Part shown: positions 44,271 to 53,614 of the stretch, in pieces | How positions within the stretch are numbered: position 1 is the first letter of the stretch | How the letters are laid out: each line of letters begins with the position of its first letter | Assembly (NCBI GenBank): GCA_963727485.1 | Contig: CAVSGM010000011.1 | Coordinates: forward strand, 672,001-736,000 | From: an uncultured delta proteobacterium | Lineage (GTDB): Bacteria > Myxococcota > Myxococcia > SLRQ01 | DNA: 64,000 nucleotides | Reading direction: 5' to 3' | Translations under genes and position numbers: made by a program | The notes under the pieces: model-generated | The model's database searches: none | Told to the model about the DNA's origin: nothing | Seen by the model: the letters and a program-made list of their open reading frames with translations, nothing else

Positions 44271-45947
44271 TCAGCGCCCGGTGGCCACCGAGAGGACGTT
44301 CTCCATCCGCCCGCCGACCACCCGGGCGGTGAGGTCGAGCAGCGGCCCGCAGGCGGCGAGGCTCCCGGCGGCGAGGACCGCGAGGCCCCCGACCACCCCC
44401 CACGGGCCGCCGAGGATCCGGGCGCCCCAGGAGAGGAGGATGAGCGCGCCGGTGCCCATGCCCCCGAGGGCCAGGAGGCCGAAGCGCACCAGGGGGTGGG
44501 GGCCGCCGCGCTTGCTCATGGTGCCGAGCTTCGCCACGACCGGGAACACGGCGGAGGCGGCGGCCTGGACCGGGGCCAGGCCCGAGTAGACGACCACCCC
44601 GGCGAAGAGCGCGCCGAGCCACATCCACCACGGCGGCTGGAGGATGGGGAAGGTGAGGGCGAGGGTGGCGACCATCGCCACGGCGTAGGCAAGAGCGCCC
44701 CCGACAGCGGCGCCCCGGACGACGGTGGCGTCGTCGAGGGGCAGGAGGCGCTCGAGGACCAGGCCCTCGCCGAGGGCGGCGAGCTGGTTGCCGGTGATTG
44801 CCGAGAGGTTTCCGAGCGAGCCGACCACCGCCAGGGCGGCGATGAACAGGGGCCCGTACACGAAGCCGAAGGGGCCCCCGGTGGTGGCGGCTCCGGCCGC
44901 GAAGCGCGCCGCGCTGGCGAGGATGAGCGCGCCGAAGGCCGGGCCGACGAGGGCCAGGCGCCCCCGGGTGGTCCGGAGCACCAGGCGCAGGTGGACCCGG
45001 GCCACGGCGGCGGTCGCCGGCCGGCAGAAGGGGATGGGCCCGGGTAGGGGCGCGGCCTTGCCCCCGGTGGCGCGGGTGGACGGCGGCGGCGCCTCGAGGA
45101 GGCGGCGATGAATGCGGTCGGCGACGACGAAGACCAGGGCGGCGACGGCGACCAACAGGCCGAGCATCGCCGCGGCAAGGCCGAGGTCGCCGCGGATCGT
45201 CGCGCCCACCGCGGTGGCCCAGGCGGCGCCGGGATCGAGGGTGGCGAGCCAGGGCAGGGCCCTGTCCCAGGCCGCGTGGCCTCCGAGGACCGGCGCAAGG
45301 CGGTTCCCGAGCAGCGGCCCCATCGAGACCAGGGCCACGACGAACACCAGCGCGCCGATGCGCAGCCACCCCGAGAACCGGCGCCGGCGCATGACCCCCT
45401 CGGCGACCTGCTCGGCCAGGTCGCCGAGGGCCACCAGGAGGGCGAGGAAGACGAGCGACCCCACGGCTGCCACCACCCCGGCGGCGAGGCCCGGTCCCAG
45501 GGCGAGGATCATCCCGGTGGCGCCGACCAGGGCGGCGGCGGTGGCGAGCACCGGACCGCGCAGGGCCTGGTCGAGGAGGCGGAGGCCGTGGAGGACCCGG
45601 GCGGGGATTGGCTGCACCCGGAGCAGGATCTCCCGCTCGACCCCGTGGTCCCCCTCGCCGAAGAGGGGCCCGGTGACCATCAGGGCGAGCGGCAGGAGCA
45701 GCGCCAGCCCGAAGACCAGGGCGAAGAGCGGCACCGGGTGGTGGCGGGTGATGAGCATCCCGGTGACCACCGCGCCGGCGATCCCGGCGCCGAGGACGAT
45801 GGCCACCATCCCCAGGGCCAGCAGCGCCGGGATCAGGAGGCCCAGGACCCGGGAGATGGACTCGAAGCCGTCGTCGCCCTTGCGCTGGCGGACGGTGGCG
45901 AGGAGCAGGCGGAAGCGCAGCCGGAGGATGAGGCGGAGGTAGCGCAT
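44271..45947 (-). CDS. ABC-2-type exporter permease (multi-TM)
   Basis: ATG overlaps the ATPase stop; many TM segments; C-terminal part of ORF 44271..46781. Confidence 0.75.
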   Translation of the reverse strand: MRYLRLILRLRFRLLLATVRQRKGDDGFESISRVLGLLIPALLALGMVAIVLGAGIAGAVVTGMLITRHHPVPLFALVFGLALLLPLALMVTGPLFGEGDHGVEREILLRVQPIPARVLHGLRLLDQALRGPVLATAAALVGATGMILALGPGLAAGVVAAVGSLVFLALLVALGDLAEQVAEGVMRRRRFSGWLRIGALVFVVALVSMGPLLGNRLAPVLGGHAAWDRALPWLATLDPGAAWATAVGATIRGDLGLAAAMLGLLVAVAALVFVVADRIHRRLLEAPPPSTRATGGKAAPLPGPIPFCRPATAAVARVHLRLVLRTTRGRLALVGPAFGALILASAARFAAGAATTGGPFGFVYGPLFIAALAVVGSLGNLSAITGNQLAALGEGLVLERLLPLDDATVVRGAAVGGALAYAVAMVATLALTFPILQPPWWMWLGALFAGVVVYSGLAPVQAAASAVFPVVAKLGTMSKRGGPHPLVRFGLLALGGMGTGALILLSWGARILGGPWGVVGGLAVLAAGSLAACGPLLDLTARVVGGRMENVLSVATGR

Positions 45948-46717
45948 CAGCCCACCAGCCATTCCAGGCCCTCGGCGCCCTCGTCGCCGGCGCCGACCCG
46001 GTCGAGGAAGAGGGACTCGAGGGTGCCCCCGGGGCTCTCGGCGCGCAGGGCCTCCAGGGGGCCCTGGGCCACGAGCTTGCCGTGGTCGAGGATGCCGATG
46101 TGGTCGGCGAGCTGCTCCACCACCGCCAGGACGTGGCTGGTGAGGAACACCGTGCCCCCGCCGGCGACGAAGCGCTCGAGGACCCGGCGGATGAGGCTCG
46201 AGGCCACCGCGTCCACCCCCTCGAAGGGCTCGTCGAGGATCAGCAGGCGCGGGGCGCCGATGAGGGCGGCGGCCAGGGCCAGCTTCTTGCGCATCCCGTG
46301 GGAGAGCTCGCTGACCCAGGTGCGGCCCGTGTCGGCGAGGTCCAGGAGCCCCAACAGCTCGGCGGAGCGCTGGCGGCCCGTCGCCCCGTCGAGGCCCCGC
46401 ACCGCGGCGACGAAGTCCAAGGTCTCCTGGGTGGTGAGGTGGTCGAGGAGGGCGTGGCCCTCGGGGACCACGCCGATGCGTCGCTTGACCCCCACCGGGT
46501 CGGCCAGCGGGTCGCTCCCGAGGATGCGGAGGGTGCCCTCGGAGGGGGCCAGCAGGCCCACCAGGCACTTGAGGGTGGTGGACTTCCCGGCGCCGTTGGG
46601 TCCGAGGAAGCCGTAGAAGCTCCCCACGGGCACGGCGAGGTCGAGGCCGTCGACGGCCTTGAAGTCCCCGAAGCGGCGGGTGAGGCCGCGGGTCTCGATG
46701 GCGATGGTATCGGTCAT
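45947..46717 (-). CDS. ABC exporter ATP-binding protein
   Basis: GPNGAGKST, LSHGMRKK, LDEPFEGVD. Confidence 0.93.
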   Translation of the reverse strand: MTDTIAIETRGLTRRFGDFKAVDGLDLAVPVGSFYGFLGPNGAGKSTTLKCLVGLLAPSEGTLRILGSDPLADPVGVKRRIGVVPEGHALLDHLTTQETLDFVAAVRGLDGATGRQRSAELLGLLDLADTGRTWVSELSHGMRKKLALAAALIGAPRLLILDEPFEGVDAVASSLIRRVLERFVAGGGTVFLTSHVLAVVEQLADHIGILDHGKLVAQGPLEALRAESPGGTLESLFLDRVGAGDEGAEGLEWLVG

Positions 46718-46758
46718 GGGCTTCGCGCGACGGCGCCCGGCGGCCTATCCTGACACCC

Positions 46759-47208
46759 ATGCGGGCCAGGACCCTGACCATCGTCGCCGTCGCCCTCCTG
46801 GCGGGGCTCGGAGTCTATCTCTTCACCGGGCCCCGGCACATGGACCCGAAGGCCCGCATCGTCTCCGCCCTCAACGACGCCGCGAGCGCCGCCGAGCGCC
46901 GGGACGTGTCCGGGGTGATGGCGGTGGTGGGGGACGACTTCCACGGCCACGGCCTCGACCGCCAGCAGCTCGGCGCCTACCTCTTCGCCGAGCTGCGCCG
47001 GGCCTCGTGGCGCAAGGTGAAGCTCATGGGCATCGACGTGGAGCTCACCTCGGACACCACCGCCGAGGTCCACACCCGGGCCCTCCTCATGGAGGGCTCG
47101 GGGATGCTGCCCAGCGGCGCCTCCCGGTACCAGCTCGCCCTCGGCATGAAGCGCGAGGGCGGCGACTGGAAGGTGGTCAGCGCCCAGTGGGCCCGCGTCA
47201 GCGGATGA
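46759..47208 (+). CDS. Membrane-anchored NTF2/SnoaL-like protein
   Basis: N-terminal TM; C-terminal REGGDWKVV. Confidence 0.6.
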   Translation: MRARTLTIVAVALLAGLGVYLFTGPRHMDPKARIVSALNDAASAAERRDVSGVMAVVGDDFHGHGLDRQQLGAYLFAELRRASWRKVKLMGIDVELTSDTTAEVHTRALLMEGSGMLPSGASRYQLALGMKREGGDWKVVSAQWARVSG

Positions 47209-48841
47209 GGTCCCGGGACTCCTTGAGCCAGGGGCGCACCCACGACCGCTTGTGGTGGTGCTGGAGGCTCTTCGCCACCGCGCGCCGCAGGTCGTTCATC
47301 TTCCGGCGGCTGGCGTTGAGCGCGTGGTAGTACTTCAGCGCCTGGGCGAACTGGGGCACGGCGTCGTTGGGGTGGCCCTGGGTCATGTAGATCCAGCCCA
47401 TGGCCTCGTAGACCTCGGGGTAGGTCTCCCGGGCCTGCACCGCCTTGTTGAACATGTCGACGGCCTTGCCGTAGTCCTTGGCCTGCTGGTCGATGACGCC
47501 CATGCGGTAGTAGGCCTCGGCGGCGTCGGGGTTGAGCTTCACCGCCGCCTGGTAGCGCTTCATGGCGCCGTCGCTGTCGCCCTTCTTCACCAGGAGGTTG
47601 CCGTAGGCGATGAGGTAGTCGGCGTCCTTCTCCAGCTTGCTGCCCCAGAGGTTCATCACCTTGAGGGCCTGATTGGCCTGGCCGTCGTCGAGGAGGGTCA
47701 CCGCCGCCTGGTGGTACGCCCGGGGAGCGTAGGGGAAGGCGTCGAGACCCTTCTGGATCTCGGCGAAGGCGCTGCCCTGCTTGAGGTCGGCGAGCGCGAG
47801 GCCCTTGGCGAGGTGGGCGTCGGCGAGGTTCCCGTCGGCGGCGATGGCCTGGTCGGCGGCCTTCACCGCGTCGGCGGGCTTGCGCTGGTAGCGCAGGAGC
47901 TCGGAGCGCGCGGTCAGGGCCAGGGCCTTGAGCCGGGGCGAGAGCTGGTCCGCGGGCCGGGAGAGGACGTCCTTGAGGGCGCTGCGGGCGTCCTCGGTGA
48001 CCTTCCCCTGGGCGATGGCGACCCGGGTCTTGAGGACCCTGGTGCGCAGGTGGTCGGGGTTGGCGTCCAGCGCCTTCTTGATGAAGGTGCCGGCGTTGGC
48101 GTAGTCGCCGTCGTCGAAGTAGGTCCGGGCGCTCCAGTAGGCGTAGCGCGGGTCGGTCCACTCGGACTGCAGGGCGCGGCTGAAGGCGTCCCGGGCGTCC
48201 TTGATCTTGCCCTCGGCCCGCTGGGCGATGCCGAGGGAGCCGAAGATCGGCGACCCCATGCCGCCCTCGTTCACCACCCCCACCAGGACCTTCTCGGCGC
48301 CGGCGGCCTTGCCCTGACCCACGAGGATGAGGCCCCGGGCGGCGTAGCGCTCGGCCTTCTGGGCCTTGGCCTTGGCGGCGGCGTCGGTGTACTTCACCGC
48401 GTCGGCCTGGCGGCCCGCCTCGCCGTACTCGACCCAGAGCTCGGCGTCGGCGAGGCCGAGGGCCGAGAGGACGTAGGGGTCGCTGGCCTTGAGGGCGTAG
48501 GCCTGCTGGAGCAGGTCGGCGGCCTTCGTGAGGTTCTGGGGGTTGTCCTTGGCGAGCTGCGCCTTGGCCTTGGCCCCGAGATCCCGGACCGCCTCGTCGG
48601 TGTTGACGTGACGCCAGTAGAGGAAGAGGCCCGCGGCGAAGACCAGGGCCCACACCATGACGCTCAGGGCGGCCCGGCCGAAGGTCTCCCGGCGGCCGGA
48701 GTCGGTCCGCTGGAGGCCTTCGTAGAAGCCGTCTTCCTCGGTGCCAGGCGCGTCGGCCTCACCATTCAGGGTGCTCATCTCGGCACTGGCCTCTTCGGCG
48801 CCGGGAGCCGACAGGTCGGCTTCCCGTTGGGGGCTCGCCAT
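47198..48841 (-). CDS. Membrane-anchored tetratricopeptide repeat protein
   Basis: GGAGG RBS; one TM; many TPR-like repeats (AEAYYRMG, PEVYEAMG). Confidence 0.85.
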   Translation of the reverse strand: MASPQREADLSAPGAEEASAEMSTLNGEADAPGTEEDGFYEGLQRTDSGRRETFGRAALSVMVWALVFAAGLFLYWRHVNTDEAVRDLGAKAKAQLAKDNPQNLTKAADLLQQAYALKASDPYVLSALGLADAELWVEYGEAGRQADAVKYTDAAAKAKAQKAERYAARGLILVGQGKAAGAEKVLVGVVNEGGMGSPIFGSLGIAQRAEGKIKDARDAFSRALQSEWTDPRYAYWSARTYFDDGDYANAGTFIKKALDANPDHLRTRVLKTRVAIAQGKVTEDARSALKDVLSRPADQLSPRLKALALTARSELLRYQRKPADAVKAADQAIAADGNLADAHLAKGLALADLKQGSAFAEIQKGLDAFPYAPRAYHQAAVTLLDDGQANQALKVMNLWGSKLEKDADYLIAYGNLLVKKGDSDGAMKRYQAAVKLNPDAAEAYYRMGVIDQQAKDYGKAVDMFNKAVQARETYPEVYEAMGWIYMTQGHPNDAVPQFAQALKYYHALNASRRKMNDLRRAVAKSLQHHHKRSWVRPWLKESRDLIR

Positions 48842-48962
48842 GCCACCTCCGGAGTTCGTTGGATGCGCGTATCCCAAGTAATATCGGGTACGTTGACGGT
48901 CCTGGGTACCAGAGGGCCCGAGCGGGTGTCAAGGCGCACCCAGGGGCCTCTGGTGATCGATA

Positions 48963-49892
48963 TCACGGGATTGCCGAGGCCACCCGGGCGGCGACATCCG
49001 TAAGGTCCCGGGCGCCGCCGACGGCCCCGGCGGCCCGGCCCGCGCCGAGGAACGGCACCGGGCCCAGGGTGTGGGTGCGAGTGCCCAGATTCTCCACGTT
49101 TCCGTGGTCGCTGATGACGAAGAGGGTGTCGGTCGGCCCCAGGGCGCCGGCGCAGGCGGCGAGCGCCCGCTGGACCTCGGAGACCCGGGCCCGGGCGGCG
49201 GCGTGGTCCCGTGCGTGGCCCGCCTTGTCGGTGAGGAAGTACTCGAAGAACGAGAGGTCGAAGCGCCTGGCGGCGGCGGCGAGGCGGCGGCCGGCCTCCT
49301 CGGGGGTCAGGGGCTCCGGGGGCAGGCCCCAGCGCGCGGCCCCGGCCCCGGTGAGGGAGTGGGGGAGGGCGTGGCCGGCGAGGACGTCCTCGAAGGTGTG
49401 GAAGGCGAGGCCGGCGGCCCGGGCGGCGACGGTGCTCGCCGGGGGGCGGGCGAGGCGCGCCGGGACGTGGACCTCGGGCTCGGGGAGGGTCCTCGGGCTC
49501 ACGGCACGGACCCCCAGGGCCTCGAGCCAGAACCTGGGGTAGGCGTTGAGGACGGCGACCCGGTGCCCGTCGGCGACCGCGCGCTTGAACAGGTTGTCGG
49601 CCTCGAGGAGGGCGATGAGCTTCTTGCCCGGGAAGCCGAGGCGGTGGCCGCCGAGGTGCGCCGCGGCGTTGACCCCGGTGAGGATGGCGGTGTGGCCGGT
49701 GGCGGACTGGGGGCGGCCGGCGACGCCGAGGGTGGCGTCCACCAGCTGGACCCGGGCGCCTTCCGGGAGCGGGCCCGGCGGGGTGCCGTCGGTGAAGTGG
49801 GCCAGGAGCCCGGGCTCGGCGGCCAGGGGGTTCACCGCCGGGTCGCCGACCCCGGCGCCGAGGCCGTCGACGAGGACCAGCAGGACGCTCAT
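48963..49892 (-). CDS. Alkaline-phosphatase-superfamily metalloenzyme (phosphoglycerate mutase-like)
   Basis: VLVDGLG, PQSATG, TDKAGH, SDHGN, HT. Confidence 0.82.
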   Translation of the reverse strand: MSVLLVLVDGLGAGVGDPAVNPLAAEPGLLAHFTDGTPPGPLPEGARVQLVDATLGVAGRPQSATGHTAILTGVNAAAHLGGHRLGFPGKKLIALLEADNLFKRAVADGHRVAVLNAYPRFWLEALGVRAVSPRTLPEPEVHVPARLARPPASTVAARAAGLAFHTFEDVLAGHALPHSLTGAGAARWGLPPEPLTPEEAGRRLAAAARRFDLSFFEYFLTDKAGHARDHAAARARVSEVQRALAACAGALGPTDTLFVISDHGNVENLGTRTHTLGPVPFLGAGRAAGAVGGARDLTDVAARVASAIP

Positions 49893-51446
49893 GACCTTCG
49901 GCCGTGGCCCCCGCCGCCGGGGGTGCCGACGACCAGGACGTCCCCGGGCTCGACCTCGAGGCGGACCTTCCCGGGCAGCTCGGTCTCGGTGCCGTCGGCC
50001 TTCAGGAGCCGGTCGTGGCCCCTGGCCCCGGGCTGGCCCCCGGCGAGGCCCGGCGGCGGGTGCCTCCGCCGCTCGCCGATGAGGGTCGCGGTGGCGGGCT
50101 CGAGGAACCGGTAGGCCCGGCTCACCCCGTCGCCGCCCCGGTGGGCCCCGGCGCCCCCGGTCCCCCGGCGCAGGCGGTACCAGGCGACCTGGAGGGGGTA
50201 GGCGTGCTCGAGGGCCTCCACCGGGGTGTTGAGGGTGTTGGTCATGTGGCTGTGGATCCCCGAGGCCCCGTCGAAGCCCGGGCCGGCGCCGGTGCCCCCG
50301 CCCACCGTCTCGTAGTAGGCCCAGGGCGCGGGATGCGGTGCCCCCGAGGGCGACGTTGTTCATGGTCCCCTGGCTGGCGGCGGGGATGCGGTCGGGGAGG
50401 GCCTTGGCGAAGGCCTGGAGGAGCACGTCGACGAGGCGCTGGCTGGTCTCCACGTTGCCGGCGGCGACCGGGGCGGGGTACCGGGCGTCGACCACGGTGC
50501 CGGGCCTCGTCCGCACGGTCACCGGCCGCATCATCCCGGTGGAGGCCGGGAGGTGCTCGGGGGCCAGGAGCCGGAGCACGTAGAGGACGGCGCTGACGGT
50601 GATGGCGCGGACGGCGTTCACCGGGCCCTCGACCTGGGGGTCGCTCCCGGTGAGGTCCACGGTGCACCCATCGCCGTCGACGGTGACGGCGACGCGCAGG
50701 GCGATGTCCTCGGTCCCGAGGCCGTCGTCGTCGAGGACGTCCTCGGCCTCGTAGCGCCCGTCGGGGATGGCGGCGAGGACCGCGCGCATCATCCGCTCGG
50801 CGTGATCGGTGAGCCCGGCCATGGCGCCGCGGACCTCGGCGGCGCCGTAGGTCCCGGCCAGCGCCTCGAGGCGCCGGGCCCCGAGGCGGCAGGCGGCGAG
50901 CTGGGCCTCGAGGTCCCCCTCGCGCTCCACCGGCGTGCGCACCCGGTCGAGGAAGCGCGCGCGGACGAGGTCGCGGTCGAGGATGCCGGCGGTGACGATC
51001 TTCTCCGGGGGCAGGCGTACCCCCTCGTCGTCGATGTGGCGCGAGAGGGGCATGGAGCCGGCGGCGGTGCCGCCCACGTCGGCGTGGTGCGCCCGGTTCA
51101 CCAGGTACCCGAGCACCTGGCCGTCCACGTAGAGAGGCTCGACCACCGTCAGGTCCGGCAGGTGGGTGCCGCCCCGGTACGGATCGTTCACCCAGGCGAC
51201 GTCGCCGGGGCCGAGCGCCACGTCCTCGAGGACCGCCGCCAGGGCCAGGGGCGTCGACCCCAGGTGGACCGGGATGTGGGCCGCGTGGGCGACCATCTCC
51301 CGGTCGGCGCCGAAGAGGGCGCAGGAGAAGTCCCGGCGCTCCTTGATGTTCGGGGAGAACGCGGCGCGCATGAGCACCGCGCCCATCTCCTCGGTGAGCG
51401 CCGCGAAGAGGTGGCGCCAGACCTCGAGGGCGACGGGGTCGTCCAT
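49889..51446 (-). CDS. Hydantoinase B / oxoprolinase family subunit, frameshift ~50330
   Basis: SPNIKERRDFSCA, NDPYRGGTHLPD, GNVETSQR, MTNTLNTPVE, TPGGGG. Confidence 0.92.
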
Positions 51447-51468
51447 CCGGGGCGCCGGCCCGCCGGGA

Positions 51469-51747
51469 TCAGCTGGCGACGGTGAAGCCCGAGCCCTTGA
51501 CGGCCTTCTTCAGGGCGTCGAGGTTCGTCTTCGCGTCGTCGTACTTGACCACCACGGTGCCCTTGTCGGTGGCGGCGGTGACCTTCTCCACGCCCTTGAC
51601 CTTCTTCAGGGCCTCGGCGGTGTGGGCGGAGCAGTGGGCGCAGTGCCAGCCCTTGACCTTCAGGGTGACCGAGGTGTCCTTGGCGAACGCCGAGGTGGAC
51701 AGCCCGAGGGCGAAGAGCACGGCGAGAACGGTAAACAGGCGCTTCAT
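51469..51747 (-). CDS. Periplasmic heavy-metal-associated (HMA, MerP-like) protein
   Basis: Signal peptide; VKGWHCAHC; ferredoxin-like pattern. Confidence 0.88.
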   Translation of the reverse strand: MKRLFTVLAVLFALGLSTSAFAKDTSVTLKVKGWHCAHCSAHTAEALKKVKGVEKVTAATDKGTVVVKYDDAKTNLDALKKAVKGSGFTVAS

Positions 51748-51811
51748 GAGTGGGTTCCTCCTGGGGCGGGGAGTCTAGAGCGCCGGCGCCCCGGAGGACA
51801 AGAGGCGGCGC

Positions 51812-52087
51812 CTACCCCGCGGGCTCGTCGTCGAGGGCCTGGTGGAGCTTGCCCAGGAGGTCCCGGCGGGCGGCGTCGTCGTCCGGGGCGTCGCCACCGA
51901 GGAGGCGCCGCAGGTCGCCGACGGTCACCCCGAAGGCGCCGCCGAAGCGCTCGCAGCGGTCGCAGCCGGCGAGGTGGGCGTCGATCCGCGCGCGCCGCGC
52001 GTCGTCGAGCTCGCCGTCGACGTAGGCCGAGAGGTCCACCAGGACCTCGCTGCACTTCAGGCCTGCGACCGCGTGATCATCCTTCAT
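51812..52087 (-). CDS. Soluble zf-HC2 anti-sigma factor
   Basis: C...LSAYVDGEL...HLAGCDRC; no TM. Confidence 0.85.
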   Translation of the reverse strand: MKDDHAVAGLKCSEVLVDLSAYVDGELDDARRARIDAHLAGCDRCERFGGAFGVTVGDLRRLLGGDAPDDDAARRDLLGKLHQALDDEPAG

Positions 52088-52688
52088 CGAAGCCTCCCTG
52101 GCGGAGCGCCGCCATCAGCTTGAGGCGCGCGCGGTGGAGCCGGGTCTTCATGGCGGCCAGCGTGAGGCCCAAAGCCTCGGCGGCCTCGGGACCGGTGAGC
52201 CCCTCGAGGTCCCGGAGCACCAGGATCTCCCGGTCGGCCTCGGGGAGGGTGCCCAGGGCGGCCTCCAGCGCCCGGCGTCGCTCCGCCTCGGCGGCGCCGG
52301 TCTCGGGGGTGGGGCCCGGGGCCGCCGGCTCGGCGCCGTAGCCCGCGGCGAGGCCCAGGTCTTCCAGGGGCAGAGGGTCCGTGGGCTCGCCGGCCCGCAG
52401 GCGCCGGTGCCGGCCCGCGGCGTGGTGGGCGATGGTGAGCAGCCACCCGCGCACCGAGCCCGTCCCCTGGAAGCCCCCGGCGTGACGCCACGCCGAGAGG
52501 AAGGTCTCCTGGGTGACGTCGTCCGCCGCGGCGGTACTCCTCGTGAGGGTGCGGGCCAGGCGGTTCACCGCCCCGTGGTGCCGGGCGACCAGGGCGTCGA
52601 AGGCGTCCCGGTCTCCCGCCGCCGTGCGCGCGAGGAGCGTCAGGTCCGCGCGTGGCTCGGCTCCGAGGTCTTCGTCTTGGTCTTGCAC
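52077..52688 (-). CDS. ECF sigma-70 factor
   Basis: GDRDAFDALV, DVTQETF, WLLTIA, MKTRLHRAR. Confidence 0.9.
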   Translation of the reverse strand: MQDQDEDLGAEPRADLTLLARTAAGDRDAFDALVARHHGAVNRLARTLTRSTAAADDVTQETFLSAWRHAGGFQGTGSVRGWLLTIAHHAAGRHRRLRAGEPTDPLPLEDLGLAAGYGAEPAAPGPTPETGAAEAERRRALEAALGTLPEADREILVLRDLEGLTGPEAAEALGLTLAAMKTRLHRARLKLMAALRQGGFDEG

Positions 52689-52876
52689 GTGGAGACGCCG
52701 AAGAGCGTGTAGAGGGGGCAGCTGCCGAGGAGGCCGGTGGCCAGGGGCACGATACCAAGGAGGCCCCAGAGGGTCTTGGGGCCGATGAAGACCAGGCTCA
52801 AGACGACGATGCCCAGGATCACACGGATGACGCGATCGAGGGTGGCTTCGTTGTTGGGGAGGATCTTGGAGAGCAT
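52640..52876 (-). CDS. DUF2892 (YgaP-like) membrane protein
   Basis: NEATLDRVIR...CPLYTLFGVSTC. Confidence 0.9.
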   Translation of the reverse strand: MLSKILPNNEATLDRVIRVILGIVVLSLVFIGPKTLWGLLGIVPLATGLLGSCPLYTLFGVSTCKTKTKTSEPSHART

Positions 52877-52966
52877 GGGGTGACTCCTGTCGGGTGAAGG
52901 CCGGCGGCCGGGTGGGGCGCCGGGTGTGTGTTCACCGGGGAGGAGTCACGGGCCGGGGAAAAGGAT

Positions 52967-53588
52967 TCAGGCCTCGCCGCGCCGGGCGACCAGCACCGCG
53001 TCGTGGATGGTCACCTCGTTGCCGTCGGGGTCCTTGGCCTGCCGGGGGCGGGCGTCCTGGGCGACGAGGGTCCAGTCGCCCTCGAGGTCCGCCGCCACGT
53101 CCTCGGCGGTGAAGAGGCGGTCGGGGTCGCTCGGGCGCCGGACGCCGGTGTCGAGATCCGAGGGGTGGTGGCCGACGATGAGGAGCACCCCGCCGGGCTT
53201 CACCGCGGAGGCGAGGCGGCGGTACATGGGCCGGCGCTCCGCCGAGGCGAAGTGGAGGAAGTGGATGGAGACCAGAATCGAAGGCCGCGGCCGGGGGCGT
53301 CCAGGTGGTCGCGTCGGCGTGCTGCCAGGTGATGCGATCGGCGATCTCGGCGCCCCGCTCGGCGGCGTGGGCGGCGGCGCGCTCCAGGGCGACCGGGGAG
53401 AGGTCCACGCCCGTCACCCGCCAGCCCTGCTCGGCGAGCCAGACGCAGTCGGCGCCCTCGCCGGCGCCGATGTCCAGGGCGGTGCCCGGGGTGAGCCCGG
53501 TGGCCTCGGTGACGAGGTGGGGGTTCGGGTTGCCGCTCCAGATGCGGGTGGAGGATCGGTAGCGTTCGTCCCAGAAGGCTTGGTCCAT
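52967..53588 (-). CDS. Class I SAM-dependent methyltransferase, frameshift ~53277
   Basis: FWDERY, WSGNPN, LDIGAGEG, VKPGG. Confidence 0.85.
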
Positions 53589-53614
53589 GGCGGGGGACGA
53601 TAGCACCAGGCGCG

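Noticed and set aside
48963..51446. Apparent hydantoinase B-metalloenzyme fusion
   Set aside because: Frameshift near 50330; the true subunit B C-terminus is in ORF 49889..50305, overlapping the next ATG.
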